Assembly: GCA_963515445.1 (NCBI GenBank)
Contig: CAUPWR010000011.1
Location: 617-64,616 of the forward strand
DNA length: 64,000 bases
Origin: Haemophilus parainfluenzae
GTDB lineage: Bacteria > Pseudomonadota > Gammaproteobacteria > Enterobacterales > Pasteurellaceae
Direction: 5' to 3'
Of the stretch, positions 41,476 to 51,802 are shown one piece after another. The position numbers and the translations under genes were made by a program. The notes beneath the pieces were generated by a model that worked only from the letters and a program-made list of their open reading frames with translations, was not told the origin of the DNA and did no database searches. Every line of letters starts with the position of its first letter. Positions within the stretch are counted from its first letter, which is position 1.

Positions 41476-43476
41476 ATGAAATTAAATCATGCACTGAAAG
41501 CATCTTATATTGCTATATCGTGCGCAATCTTATCCTCAACCATGCCAGTATCAGCTTCTAATAGTAATCCGTTTGGATTTAATAAAGCCGATTCTATTTT
41601 GTCTGATATGGTGTTTTATCAAATTGGGGGCGGTGTAGGTTATATGGCTCCCCCGAGTCGAGGTACGATTCCTGCAGCTGAATTTGGGATTGGTTGGAAA
41701 GCTAACTTGATGTGCGGTAATTTTGACATTAAGACGAGTATTAAAAATCAGTTAAATGGTTTAACTGAAGGATTTAAAGATCTTTATAGTAACGTTATCG
41801 AATCAGCCACAGGAGCTGTGGCGAGTTTACCTGCAATGGTTATTCAACGAGCAAATCCTCAGTTATACGATATTCTTACGAATGGTTTATATCAAGGTAA
41901 AATTGATTTTAATAGCTTAAAAACCAGCTGTGAAGAAATGTCTAAGAAGCTTGCAGACGCAACTTTAAATGGTCGTTGGTCTCAAAGTTCGGATATGGAA
42001 TCCTTTAAAGACATTACTTCAACTGAACCAGATGCTACTCGAGCTAAAAAGAGACTTGAGGAATCTCAAGGTAAGGAAGGTAAAGAGTGGGTCGGGGGTA
42101 AAAAACGCGGTGGCCAAGGACAAGAACCAATCAAAATTGTTGAGGATGTTGCAAAAGCTGGCTACAACATGCAAAACAAGCGTAATGTATTAGAATCAGG
42201 TCGAATCTCCGGTAGTAGTTGTAGCGGATTACTTTGTCAAACTTGGGATAATCCTAAAGATATGACAGATTGGTTAACGAATGTGATCGGTGAGAAGCAA
42301 TTAACTACTTGTAAAACAGATTGTGGTACTGCTAGTAGCTCTCGAGCTGGTGTTGGTTTAACACCTGAAATTGAAAAAGAAAATATTAAGACGGTAACTC
42401 AATTACAAAAAGCGCTTAACATGAGCACTCCTTCCGTTGAAGTACTTGCAGAATTAAGTTCTACAACAGTTCCTGTAACTCGTGGCTTAATTGAGTCTTT
42501 ACGAGAAGATCCCGATGCTCAAGTATTAGGGCAGCGTTTAGCCAGTGAAATTGCTGTAGCTAAAACAATGGAGAAAATGCTTCTTGCACGTCGAGCTGTT
42601 TTAACGGGTATGCGTGAGCCAAATGTGGCCAACAATAAAGATGCTCAAGAAGAGTTAGAAAAGATCCTCACTTTAATTGACCGAGAAATAGGTCAAATTA
42701 GAATGGAGATTGATCTACAAAAATCACTTACCGGGAATTCCGCAGTTGCAATCCTACAAAATAAAGAGCTACGTGAATATAACACTGGAACCGGAAATGT
42801 TACACGTGACAGTGTAGATAAACGGATTAGCGATTTAGCTAATGGTACGAATAGCAATGCTGCTGAATTGGCAGATGCTGACAATATCAATATTCCTCGT
42901 AACAATGTCACTTTAGAAGTGCCTCAGATGTCAAACTCCCTGTCTTACACCGGGACTGGCGGTACATCCGGAAATAGTAGAGGTAACACTTCTTATTCAT
43001 CAGTTCCAGCAATTAAAGGGACTGCACTTGATCAAGCTACAGGGTTGTTGAAAAAATTTGAAGGGTTTAGTGATAAAGCATATTGGGATGTCAATGCTTA
43101 TCGCACTGGATATGGTTCAGATACTATCACAAAAGCGGATGGTACAATTGTCAAAGTAACGAAAGATACTGTAGTTAGTCGCGCTGACGCAGAGCGTGAT
43201 TTAGCACGTCGAACACAAGAATTTGCAAATAGAGCGAGAAATAACGTATCATCTTCAACATGGGATAAGTTACCGCCAAATGCCCAAGCCGCATTAACAT
43301 CTTATGCCTATAACTATGGCTCATTAACAAAAGATGTGATTGCTGCAGCCCAGGCATCTGCGCAATCAGGCGATATGAACGCACTAGCAAATGCAGTAAG
43401 AAATCGTCAAAACAATAATAATGGTGTAAATGCTAAACGTCGTAACCAAGAAGCAGATTACATTTTAGGAAAATAA
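41476..43476 (+). CDS. ICE protein (TIGR03755-like) with C-terminal GH24 lysozyme domain
   Basis: YQIGGG, CGNFD and IQRANP core; S/G/T linker; FEGFSDKAYWDVNAYRTGYG (E-x8-D-x5-T), SYAYNYG, RRNQEA. Confidence 0.8.
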   Translation: MKLNHALKASYIAISCAILSSTMPVSASNSNPFGFNKADSILSDMVFYQIGGGVGYMAPPSRGTIPAAEFGIGWKANLMCGNFDIKTSIKNQLNGLTEGFKDLYSNVIESATGAVASLPAMVIQRANPQLYDILTNGLYQGKIDFNSLKTSCEEMSKKLADATLNGRWSQSSDMESFKDITSTEPDATRAKKRLEESQGKEGKEWVGGKKRGGQGQEPIKIVEDVAKAGYNMQNKRNVLESGRISGSSCSGLLCQTWDNPKDMTDWLTNVIGEKQLTTCKTDCGTASSSRAGVGLTPEIEKENIKTVTQLQKALNMSTPSVEVLAELSSTTVPVTRGLIESLREDPDAQVLGQRLASEIAVAKTMEKMLLARRAVLTGMREPNVANNKDAQEELEKILTLIDREIGQIRMEIDLQKSLTGNSAVAILQNKELREYNTGTGNVTRDSVDKRISDLANGTNSNAAELADADNINIPRNNVTLEVPQMSNSLSYTGTGGTSGNSRGNTSYSSVPAIKGTALDQATGLLKKFEGFSDKAYWDVNAYRTGYGSDTITKADGTIVKVTKDTVVSRADAERDLARRTQEFANRARNNVSSSTWDKLPPNAQAALTSYAYNYGSLTKDVIAAAQASAQSGDMNALANAVRNRQNNNNGVNAKRRNQEADYILGK

Positions 43477-43491
43477 ATAAAGGATATTTTT

Positions 43492-43899
43492 ATGAAAAAA
43501 TTACTCACTATTGGAGCGGTAGCTATGTTTGCAACGCCAGCTTTTGCAGCTAATAATATTTTTTCTTGTACAGCAGAGAACGGAAGCCCGGTGTCTGTAA
43601 CAAAAAATGGTTCAGATTATGAATTCACTTATGGCCAGGTTTCTTTTAAAAATCCGGTAAAACAAGTTTTTGCTAATCAGGATTCTTATGTAGCTACTGG
43701 TTCAGGATTTATTACTAGCTCATTAGAAATGAGAAATAATGGCACAAGTTACACGATTCAATTTGTGCAACCACACAATAGTAACAGTATTGAAGAGCCA
43801 ATGCTTTATATCACCAATGGCAGTAAAATGGATACGGTGAGCTGTAAAGCGGGTAGTGCAACTCAAAACTTTGAACGTCGCAGTATGAAAGCTTCATAA
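43492..43899 (+). CDS. Secreted beta-rich protein, putative lysozyme inhibitor/immunity protein
   Basis: Signal peptide (AFA), two Cys, 15 nt downstream of the lysozyme fusion. Confidence 0.65.
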   Translation: MKKLLTIGAVAMFATPAFAANNIFSCTAENGSPVSVTKNGSDYEFTYGQVSFKNPVKQVFANQDSYVATGSGFITSSLEMRNNGTSYTIQFVQPHNSNSIEEPMLYITNGSKMDTVSCKAGSATQNFERRSMKAS

Positions 43900-43915
43900 G
43901 CGTAAATAGAGATAA

Positions 43916-43945
43916 AATAAGCGGGATTTTCCCGCTTATTTTTTT
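43916..43945. terminator. Bidirectional terminator
   Basis: AAATAAGCGGGA-TT-TTCCCGCTTATTTTTT. Confidence 0.75.
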
Positions 43946-44123
43946 AGTGGTATTCACTATTTTTAAAGATTTGTATTAAATTATTTAAAATCTCCTGTTC
44001 ACATTCATTTCCGTTAATGATGTTCAGTTCATCATCAAGATGAGTAAGCATTTCATCAATTCCTAATTCATTCATTGCTATTTCATTTAAACTAATAAGC
44101 CATTCTTTAAAACGAGCTTTCAT
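43944..44123 (-). CDS. 59-aa acidic hypothetical protein MKARFKEWLISLNE...
   Basis: Strong AGGAGG RBS; below the ORF-track cutoff. Confidence 0.6.
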   Translation of the reverse strand: MKARFKEWLISLNEIAMNELGIDEMLTHLDDELNIINGNECEQEILNNLIQIFKNSEYH

Positions 44124-44346
44124 ATCTCCTCCTGGTACGGTTTATTTTTATATTGCAGTGTTAAGGTACATTGAGGGGATAGATAAATCAGTAAAATTAG
44201 GGGTCTGACGCTCAGTGGAACGAAAACTCACGTTAAGGGATTTTGGTCATGAGATTATCAAAAAGGATCTTCACCTAGATCCTTTTAAATTAAAAATGAA
44301 GTTTTAAATCAATCTAAAGTATATATGAGTAAACTTGGTCTGACAG

Positions 44347-45219
<873 letters not shown>

Positions 45220-45248
45220 TCAATATTATTGAAACATTTACCAGGGTT

Positions 45249-45935
<687 letters not shown>

Positions 45936-45975
45936 GAAAAATGTTACTAAATGCCCGTCAGGCAGGGAGGCCGAT

Positions 45976-48900
45976 ATGCCCGTTGACTTTCTGACCACTG
46001 AGCAGACTGAAAGCTATGGCAGATTCACCGGTGAACCGGATGAGCTTCAGCTGGCACGATATTTTCACCTTGATGAAGCAGACAAGGAATTTATCGGAAA
46101 AAGCAGAGGTGATCACAACCGTCTGGGCATTGCCCTGCAAATTGGATGTGTCCGTTTTCTGGGCACCTTCCTCACCGATATGAATCATATTCCTTCCGGC
46201 GTCCGGCATTTTACCGCCAGACAGCTCGGGATTCGTGATATCACCGTTCTTGCAGAATACGGTCAGAGGGAAAATACCCGCCGTGAGCATGCAGCGCTGA
46301 TACGTCAGCACTATCAGTATCGTGAATTTGCCTGGCCCTGGACATTTCGCCTTACCCGTCTTTTATATACCCGGAGCTGGATAAGCAACGAACGTCCTGG
46401 CCTGCTTTTCGATCTGGCGACAGGGTGGCTTATGCAACATCGTATTATTCTCCCCGGAGCCACTACGCTGACCCGGTTGATTTCAGAGGTAAGGGAAAAG
46501 GCGACGTTGCGCCTGTGGAACAAACTGGCACTGATACCGTCAGCCGAACAGCGTTCACAGCTGGAGATGCTGCTGGGGCCAACTGATTGCAGCCGCCTGT
46601 CTTTACTGGAATCACTGAAAAAGGGCCCTGTGACCATCAGTGGTCCGGCGTTTAATGAAGCAATTGAACGCTGGAAAACTCTGAACGATTTTGGCCTGCA
46701 TGCTGAAAACCTGAGTACACTCCCGGCTGTGCGCCTGAAAAATCTCGCACGTTATGCTGGTATGACTTCGGTGTTCAATATTGCCAGGATGTCACCGCAG
46801 AAAAGGATGGCGGTTCTGGTTGCCTTTGTCCTTGCATGGGAAACGCTGGCGCTGGATGATGCATTGGACGTTCTGGACGCCATGCTGGCCGTTATCATCC
46901 GTGACGCCAGAAAGATTGGGCAGAAAAAACGGCTCCGCTCGCTGAAGGATCTGGATAAATCTGCATTGGCGCTCGCCAGCGCATGTTCGTACCTGCTGAA
47001 AGAAGAAACACCGGACGAATCGATTCGTGCTGAGGTGTTCAGCTACATCCCAAGGCAAAAGCTGGCTGAAATCATCACGCTTGTCCGTGAAATTGCCCGG
47101 CCCTCAGACGATAATTTTCATGAAGAAATGGTGGAGCAGTACGGGCGCGTTCGTCGTTTCCTGCCCCATCTGCTGAATACCGTTAAATTTTCATCCGCAC
47201 CTGCCGGGGTTACCACTCTGAATGCCTGTGACTACCTCAGCCGGGAGTTCAGCTCACGGCGGCAGTTTTTTGACGACGCACCAACGGAAATTATCAGTCG
47301 GTCATGGAAACGGCTGGTGATTAACAAGGAAAAACATATCACCCGCAGGGGATACACGCTCTGCTTTCTCAGTAAACTGCAGGATAGTCTGAGGCGGAGG
47401 GATGTCTACGTTACCGGCAGTAACCGGTGGGGAGATCCTCGTGCAAGATTACTACAGGGTGCTGACTGGCAGGCAAACCGGATTAAGGTTTATCGTTCTT
47501 TGGGGCACCCGACAGACCCGCAGGAAGCAATAAAATCTCTGGGTCATCAGCTTGATAGTCGTTACAGACAGGTTGCTGCACGTCTTTGCGAAAATGAGGC
47601 TGTCGAACTCGATGTTTCTGGCCCGAAGCCCCGGTTGACAATTTCTCCCCTCGCCAGTCTTGATGAGCCGGACAGTCTGAAACGACTGAGCAAAATGATC
47701 AGTGATCTACTCCCTCCGGTGGATTTAACGGAGTTGCTGCTCGAAATTAACGCCCATACCGGATTTGCTGATGAGTTTTTCCATGCTAGTGAAGCCAGTG
47801 CCAGAGTTGATGATCTGCCCGTCAGCATCAGCGCCGTGCTGATGGCTGAAGCCTGCAATATCGGTCTGGAACCACTGATCAGATCAAATGTTCCTGCACT
47901 GACCCGACACCGGCTGAACTGGACAAAAGCGAACTATCTGCGGGCTGAAACTATCACCAGCGCTAATGCCAGACTGGTTGATTTTCAGGCAACGCTGCCA
48001 CTGGCACAGATATGGGGTGGAGGAGAAGTGGCATCTGCAGATGGAATGCGCTTTGTTACGCCAGTCAGAACAATCAATGCCGGACCGAACCGCAAATACT
48101 TTGGTAATAACAGAGGGATCACCTGGTACAACTTTGTGTCCGATCAGTATTCCGGCTTTCATGGCATCGTTATACCGGGGACGCTGAGGGACTCTATCTT
48201 TGTGCTGGAAGGTCTTCTGGAACAGGAGACCGGGCTGAATCCAACCGAAATTATGACCGATACAGCAGGTGCCAGCGAACTTGTCTTTGGCCTTTTCTGG
48301 CTGCTGGGATACCAGTTTTCTCCACGCCTGGCTGATGCCGGTGCTTCGGTTTTCTGGCGAATGGACCATGATGCCGACTATGGCGTGCTGAATGATATTG
48401 CCAGAGGGCAATCAGATCCCCGAAAAATAGTCCTTCAGTGGGACGAAATGATCCGGACCGCTGGCTCCCTGAAGCTGGGCAAAGTACAGGTTTCAGTGCT
48501 GGTCCGTTCATTGCTGAAAAGTGAACGTCCTTCCGGACTGACTCAGGCAATCATTGAAGTGGGGCGCATCAACAAAACGCTGTATCTGCTTAATTATATT
48601 GATGATGAAGATTACCGCCGGCGCATTCTGACCCAGCTTAATCGGGGAGAAAGTCGCCATGCCGTTGCCAGAGCCATCTGTCACGGTCAAAAAGGTGAGA
48701 TAAGAAAACGATATACCGACGGTCAGGAAGATCAACTGGGCACACTGGGGCTGGTCACTAACGCCGTCGTGTTATGGAACACTATTTATATGCAGGCAGC
48801 CCTGGATCATCTCCGGGCGCAGGGTGAAACACTGAATGATGAAGATATCGCACGCCTCTCCCCGCTTTGCCACGGACATATCAATATGCTCGGCCATTAT

Positions 48901-48981
48901 TCCTTCACGCTGGCAGAACTGGTGACCAAAGGACATCTGAGACCATTAAAAGAGGCGTCAGAGGCAGAAAACGTTGCTTAA
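45976..48981 (+). CDS. tnpA: Tn3-family transposase
   Basis: MPVDFLTTEQ start, 1001 aa, stop inside the right IR. Confidence 0.97.
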   Translation: MPVDFLTTEQTESYGRFTGEPDELQLARYFHLDEADKEFIGKSRGDHNRLGIALQIGCVRFLGTFLTDMNHIPSGVRHFTARQLGIRDITVLAEYGQRENTRREHAALIRQHYQYREFAWPWTFRLTRLLYTRSWISNERPGLLFDLATGWLMQHRIILPGATTLTRLISEVREKATLRLWNKLALIPSAEQRSQLEMLLGPTDCSRLSLLESLKKGPVTISGPAFNEAIERWKTLNDFGLHAENLSTLPAVRLKNLARYAGMTSVFNIARMSPQKRMAVLVAFVLAWETLALDDALDVLDAMLAVIIRDARKIGQKKRLRSLKDLDKSALALASACSYLLKEETPDESIRAEVFSYIPRQKLAEIITLVREIARPSDDNFHEEMVEQYGRVRRFLPHLLNTVKFSSAPAGVTTLNACDYLSREFSSRRQFFDDAPTEIISRSWKRLVINKEKHITRRGYTLCFLSKLQDSLRRRDVYVTGSNRWGDPRARLLQGADWQANRIKVYRSLGHPTDPQEAIKSLGHQLDSRYRQVAARLCENEAVELDVSGPKPRLTISPLASLDEPDSLKRLSKMISDLLPPVDLTELLLEINAHTGFADEFFHASEASARVDDLPVSISAVLMAEACNIGLEPLIRSNVPALTRHRLNWTKANYLRAETITSANARLVDFQATLPLAQIWGGGEVASADGMRFVTPVRTINAGPNRKYFGNNRGITWYNFVSDQYSGFHGIVIPGTLRDSIFVLEGLLEQETGLNPTEIMTDTAGASELVFGLFWLLGYQFSPRLADAGASVFWRMDHDADYGVLNDIARGQSDPRKIVLQWDEMIRTAGSLKLGKVQVSVLVRSLLKSERPSGLTQAIIEVGRINKTLYLLNYIDDEDYRRRILTQLNRGESRHAVARAICHGQKGEIRKRYTDGQEDQLGTLGLVTNAVVLWNTIYMQAALDHLRAQGETLNDEDIARLSPLCHGHINMLGHYSFTLAELVTKGHLRPLKEASEAENVA

Positions 48982-49138
48982 CGTGAGTTTTCGTTCCACT
49001 GAGCGTCAGACCCCAATTAGTAAAATTTGCGACGTGGATCGCAAAAATCACATTTTTCCTGCTTAAAACGAGGTTTTAATAAAAGAATAATAAGAGTACA
49101 ATGAGAGTAAGTCAGAGTATTTTAATAGGAGAGAGAAT

Positions 49139-49468
49139 ATGGACGCTCAAAAGTTTGGCCATACTGTCGGACAATTTTTTAAGAAAATTGACCGCACTTT
49201 GTCATTTCTCCCAGGAAAGCCTCGTAAAGCTGTTGTGACAGCTGCTGCTCTTGCTGCGAGTCCAATTTTGGCCGGAGTTATAATTTCCAAAACCAAGCCT
49301 TCTAAAAACATTGAATATTTAGATGAAGAGCCAGTAAGTGATACATCTTTGTTGTCAGAATTACTTGCAAATGATGATTCATCAGAAGAAGGAAAGTGGG
49401 ATTATGGTTTTCAGGGGTTTGGCTATTATATTAACGGAGTAAAAGTTTACGGAGATGATGACGATTAA
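49139..49468 (+). CDS. Hypothetical ICE protein with acidic C-terminus
   Basis: AGGAG RBS, followed by a terminator at 49484-49518. Confidence 0.7.
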   Translation: MDAQKFGHTVGQFFKKIDRTLSFLPGKPRKAVVTAAALAASPILAGVIISKTKPSKNIEYLDEEPVSDTSLLSELLANDDSSEEGKWDYGFQGFGYYINGVKVYGDDDD

Positions 49469-49523
49469 TTATTTTCGTAAATAAAAAAGTCCATCTGTCT
49501 AACAGATGGACTTTTTTTATACG

Positions 49524-51017
49524 TTATATTTTTTTACTAATTTTATCTCCAAATTGCCCCCCTGATTTTTGGGATGATTCAGTTCCTTTCGCAATGGCAG
49601 CGCTAAGCTCGCCACCCACTCGAATTCCAGCCCAGGTCATTGCTCCAAACCATAAACCAGGTAAAATTATAAATAAACTCCCCATCACAAAGTTAGAAAT
49701 AATGTCATCTTCTGCATTTTCTAAAAAGTGGATGTTTAGCATATTATGAGATGGAGAACTATACATAATTTCTATTAGGTATGAATCAAGCCATCTTGCT
49801 AACTCCCACCAAAATGTGGTTGTAATGAGTGCAAAATATACGAAGCTTAATGTCATTACAGTTTTAATAGCAAAGCCACTTAAAATCGTAATAATTGGAA
49901 TTAAAATAATTACAGCCATAATCATAAAGGCTTGAACCATTGGTAGGGCTTGTCGCATTGCATCTAGGCCTGGGAATATAGCCAAACTTCCAACAGCCGT
50001 TCCTACAGTTGAGGTGAGTCGAGTAACCGCATTCCAAAATCCAGCATCCACGCTACCACCGTAACCTTGATACATTTTCCCTTTTGAAACATCTATGTTT
50101 TCAGAGCGTAAAAGTGTTCTCAATAAAGCTTCATCTTGGTTGTCGATAGAGTTAAAGAAATCACTCACCTGGGCAGATAAGTTTTGACGCATATCTGTAA
50201 GTAAGCGAGATTTTAATCCAGCTCCACTTTCATCCCACCATTGATCACAACTTGGGAAACCACCTTTTCCCGAATTAGGTAATGCCGCATCTCGATTTGC
50301 ATCATAAGGGAACGTGCTAATAGGTTGCTGAGCCCTAAAACGAGGGTAGAGCTCGCTGTTATTAATAAGCAATTTACCACCTAACCAGGATGTTTCGCGG
50401 ATTTGTGCCGGACTCAAGGCAAGTTGGCTTGTTTGTAATTTTTGACGAGCCGGGATATAGCATTGTTGCACAAATTGCTGCACTTCAGTTAATAATGCTG
50501 GGTTAGTGATTTTTTGATGTTGCACTTCAAATCTAACCTGACGTAAATCACGCTGGCAAGGCAATACTGCAGTCATACCATAAGTTAGACCTTTATCCAC
50601 TTTGTGCATCAACATCCACCAAATAGGAATTCGGGCTTGTCTGTCTCCAAATGTTGTCGTAAATGGCGCATAGCCTGATTTATCCGGGGAAGCAGGAACT
50701 TTATAGCCACATTGAATAGATGAACGTTCATTGTATTCAAGGTTATTCAATGATACCGGGATAAGAGGGGCTAATGTCAAAACAACGATAAGCATTGCTG
50801 GAAGGAGTTCGATTGTGAGCCAGCGGATTAATAAATCCCCTTTCTCACCTTCATCATCCCCTTGTTTAGCTACGTCACGCCAAATTTTAAAGATCATTCC
50901 GATAAGCGGAAGAAGCCATAACCCTGTTCCAACAAATAACGCAAAAACTCCGTTATTAAGCAACCAACCAAGTAGAGTCAGGAAATATTCAAGATAACTG
51001 TCAACTGAGAATGTCAT
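49524..51017 (-). CDS. traG: TraG N-terminal-like mating-pair stabilisation protein
   Basis: SYLEYFLTLLGW, PIWW and FWWELARWLD motifs. Confidence 0.85.
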   Translation of the reverse strand: MTFSVDSYLEYFLTLLGWLLNNGVFALFVGTGLWLLPLIGMIFKIWRDVAKQGDDEGEKGDLLIRWLTIELLPAMLIVVLTLAPLIPVSLNNLEYNERSSIQCGYKVPASPDKSGYAPFTTTFGDRQARIPIWWMLMHKVDKGLTYGMTAVLPCQRDLRQVRFEVQHQKITNPALLTEVQQFVQQCYIPARQKLQTSQLALSPAQIRETSWLGGKLLINNSELYPRFRAQQPISTFPYDANRDAALPNSGKGGFPSCDQWWDESGAGLKSRLLTDMRQNLSAQVSDFFNSIDNQDEALLRTLLRSENIDVSKGKMYQGYGGSVDAGFWNAVTRLTSTVGTAVGSLAIFPGLDAMRQALPMVQAFMIMAVIILIPIITILSGFAIKTVMTLSFVYFALITTTFWWELARWLDSYLIEIMYSSPSHNMLNIHFLENAEDDIISNFVMGSLFIILPGLWFGAMTWAGIRVGGELSAAIAKGTESSQKSGGQFGDKISKKI

Positions 51018-51025
51018 ATTTCCCC

Positions 51026-51349
51026 CTAAGCTAAAGTAATCTGTGTAATCGCTTCAGCAAAAATTAAAATCATCGCAATTAACCATTTTGCTTTTGCCGG
51101 CATAGAAGATGGTTGGCGACGAGAAATGGAATAGACCATCAACATAATCGCACCATATAGTAATAATCGTACTGCAAACCATATCCACTGCGTTTTAATA
51201 AACCAAGCACGAATATCAACATTCTGAAGATATTGAGTTGCAAAGATGCCAATTGCAGTAAGGGCTAAAAATAAAAATAAAAGGATAGCAATAAAACGGA
51301 GTACATTTTTAAGCCATCCTCTTGATTGTGGCTTTTTACCTTGAGACAT
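51026..51349 (-). CDS. ICE membrane protein
   Basis: About 3 TM, between traC and traG. Confidence 0.75.
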   Translation of the reverse strand: MSQGKKPQSRGWLKNVLRFIAILLFLFLALTAIGIFATQYLQNVDIRAWFIKTQWIWFAVRLLLYGAIMLMVYSISRRQPSSMPAKAKWLIAMILIFAEAITQITLA

Positions 51350-51358
51350 CAGGACTCC

Positions 51359-51802
51359 TTATTCATTACCCACAGTCTTATCCCCAAAAACTGGGGATAA
51401 GTCAGCAGGGGATTCCCAAATTGCAGCTAATTTCCAAAGCAAATATTGAATTAACCAATATGCATCAACGTGATCGGTTAATTCCACATTAAGTCTAGCT
51501 GGCCAGTTTTCGGAAGAAAACACAGGTAATTGGAAACGCCCGGAGATATTAAATAATAAATGCACTTCACCTTTATCTCCTTTAGCGTGTACTTTCCAAC
51601 TTGATTGAGTAAATACACGCTGAGGAAATGCGCTTAATTGGCAGTTTGAACCAATTTTTGTCTTAATTTTTGCAATGAAATGCAGCACGTAGGCTTTCAC
51701 CTCATCAGAGGTAAAAGCAAGTGATTGGATGCGAGGCCCAATGTCAAAAATACGATGAAAAGTCATATTAGGATTAGGCTGCGATTGAGTTAAGTTCGTC
51801 AT
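51359..51802 (-). CDS. Hypothetical ICE protein
   Basis: Operonic ORF. Confidence 0.65.
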   Translation of the reverse strand: MTNLTQSQPNPNMTFHRIFDIGPRIQSLAFTSDEVKAYVLHFIAKIKTKIGSNCQLSAFPQRVFTQSSWKVHAKGDKGEVHLLFNISGRFQLPVFSSENWPARLNVELTDHVDAYWLIQYLLWKLAAIWESPADLSPVFGDKTVGNE

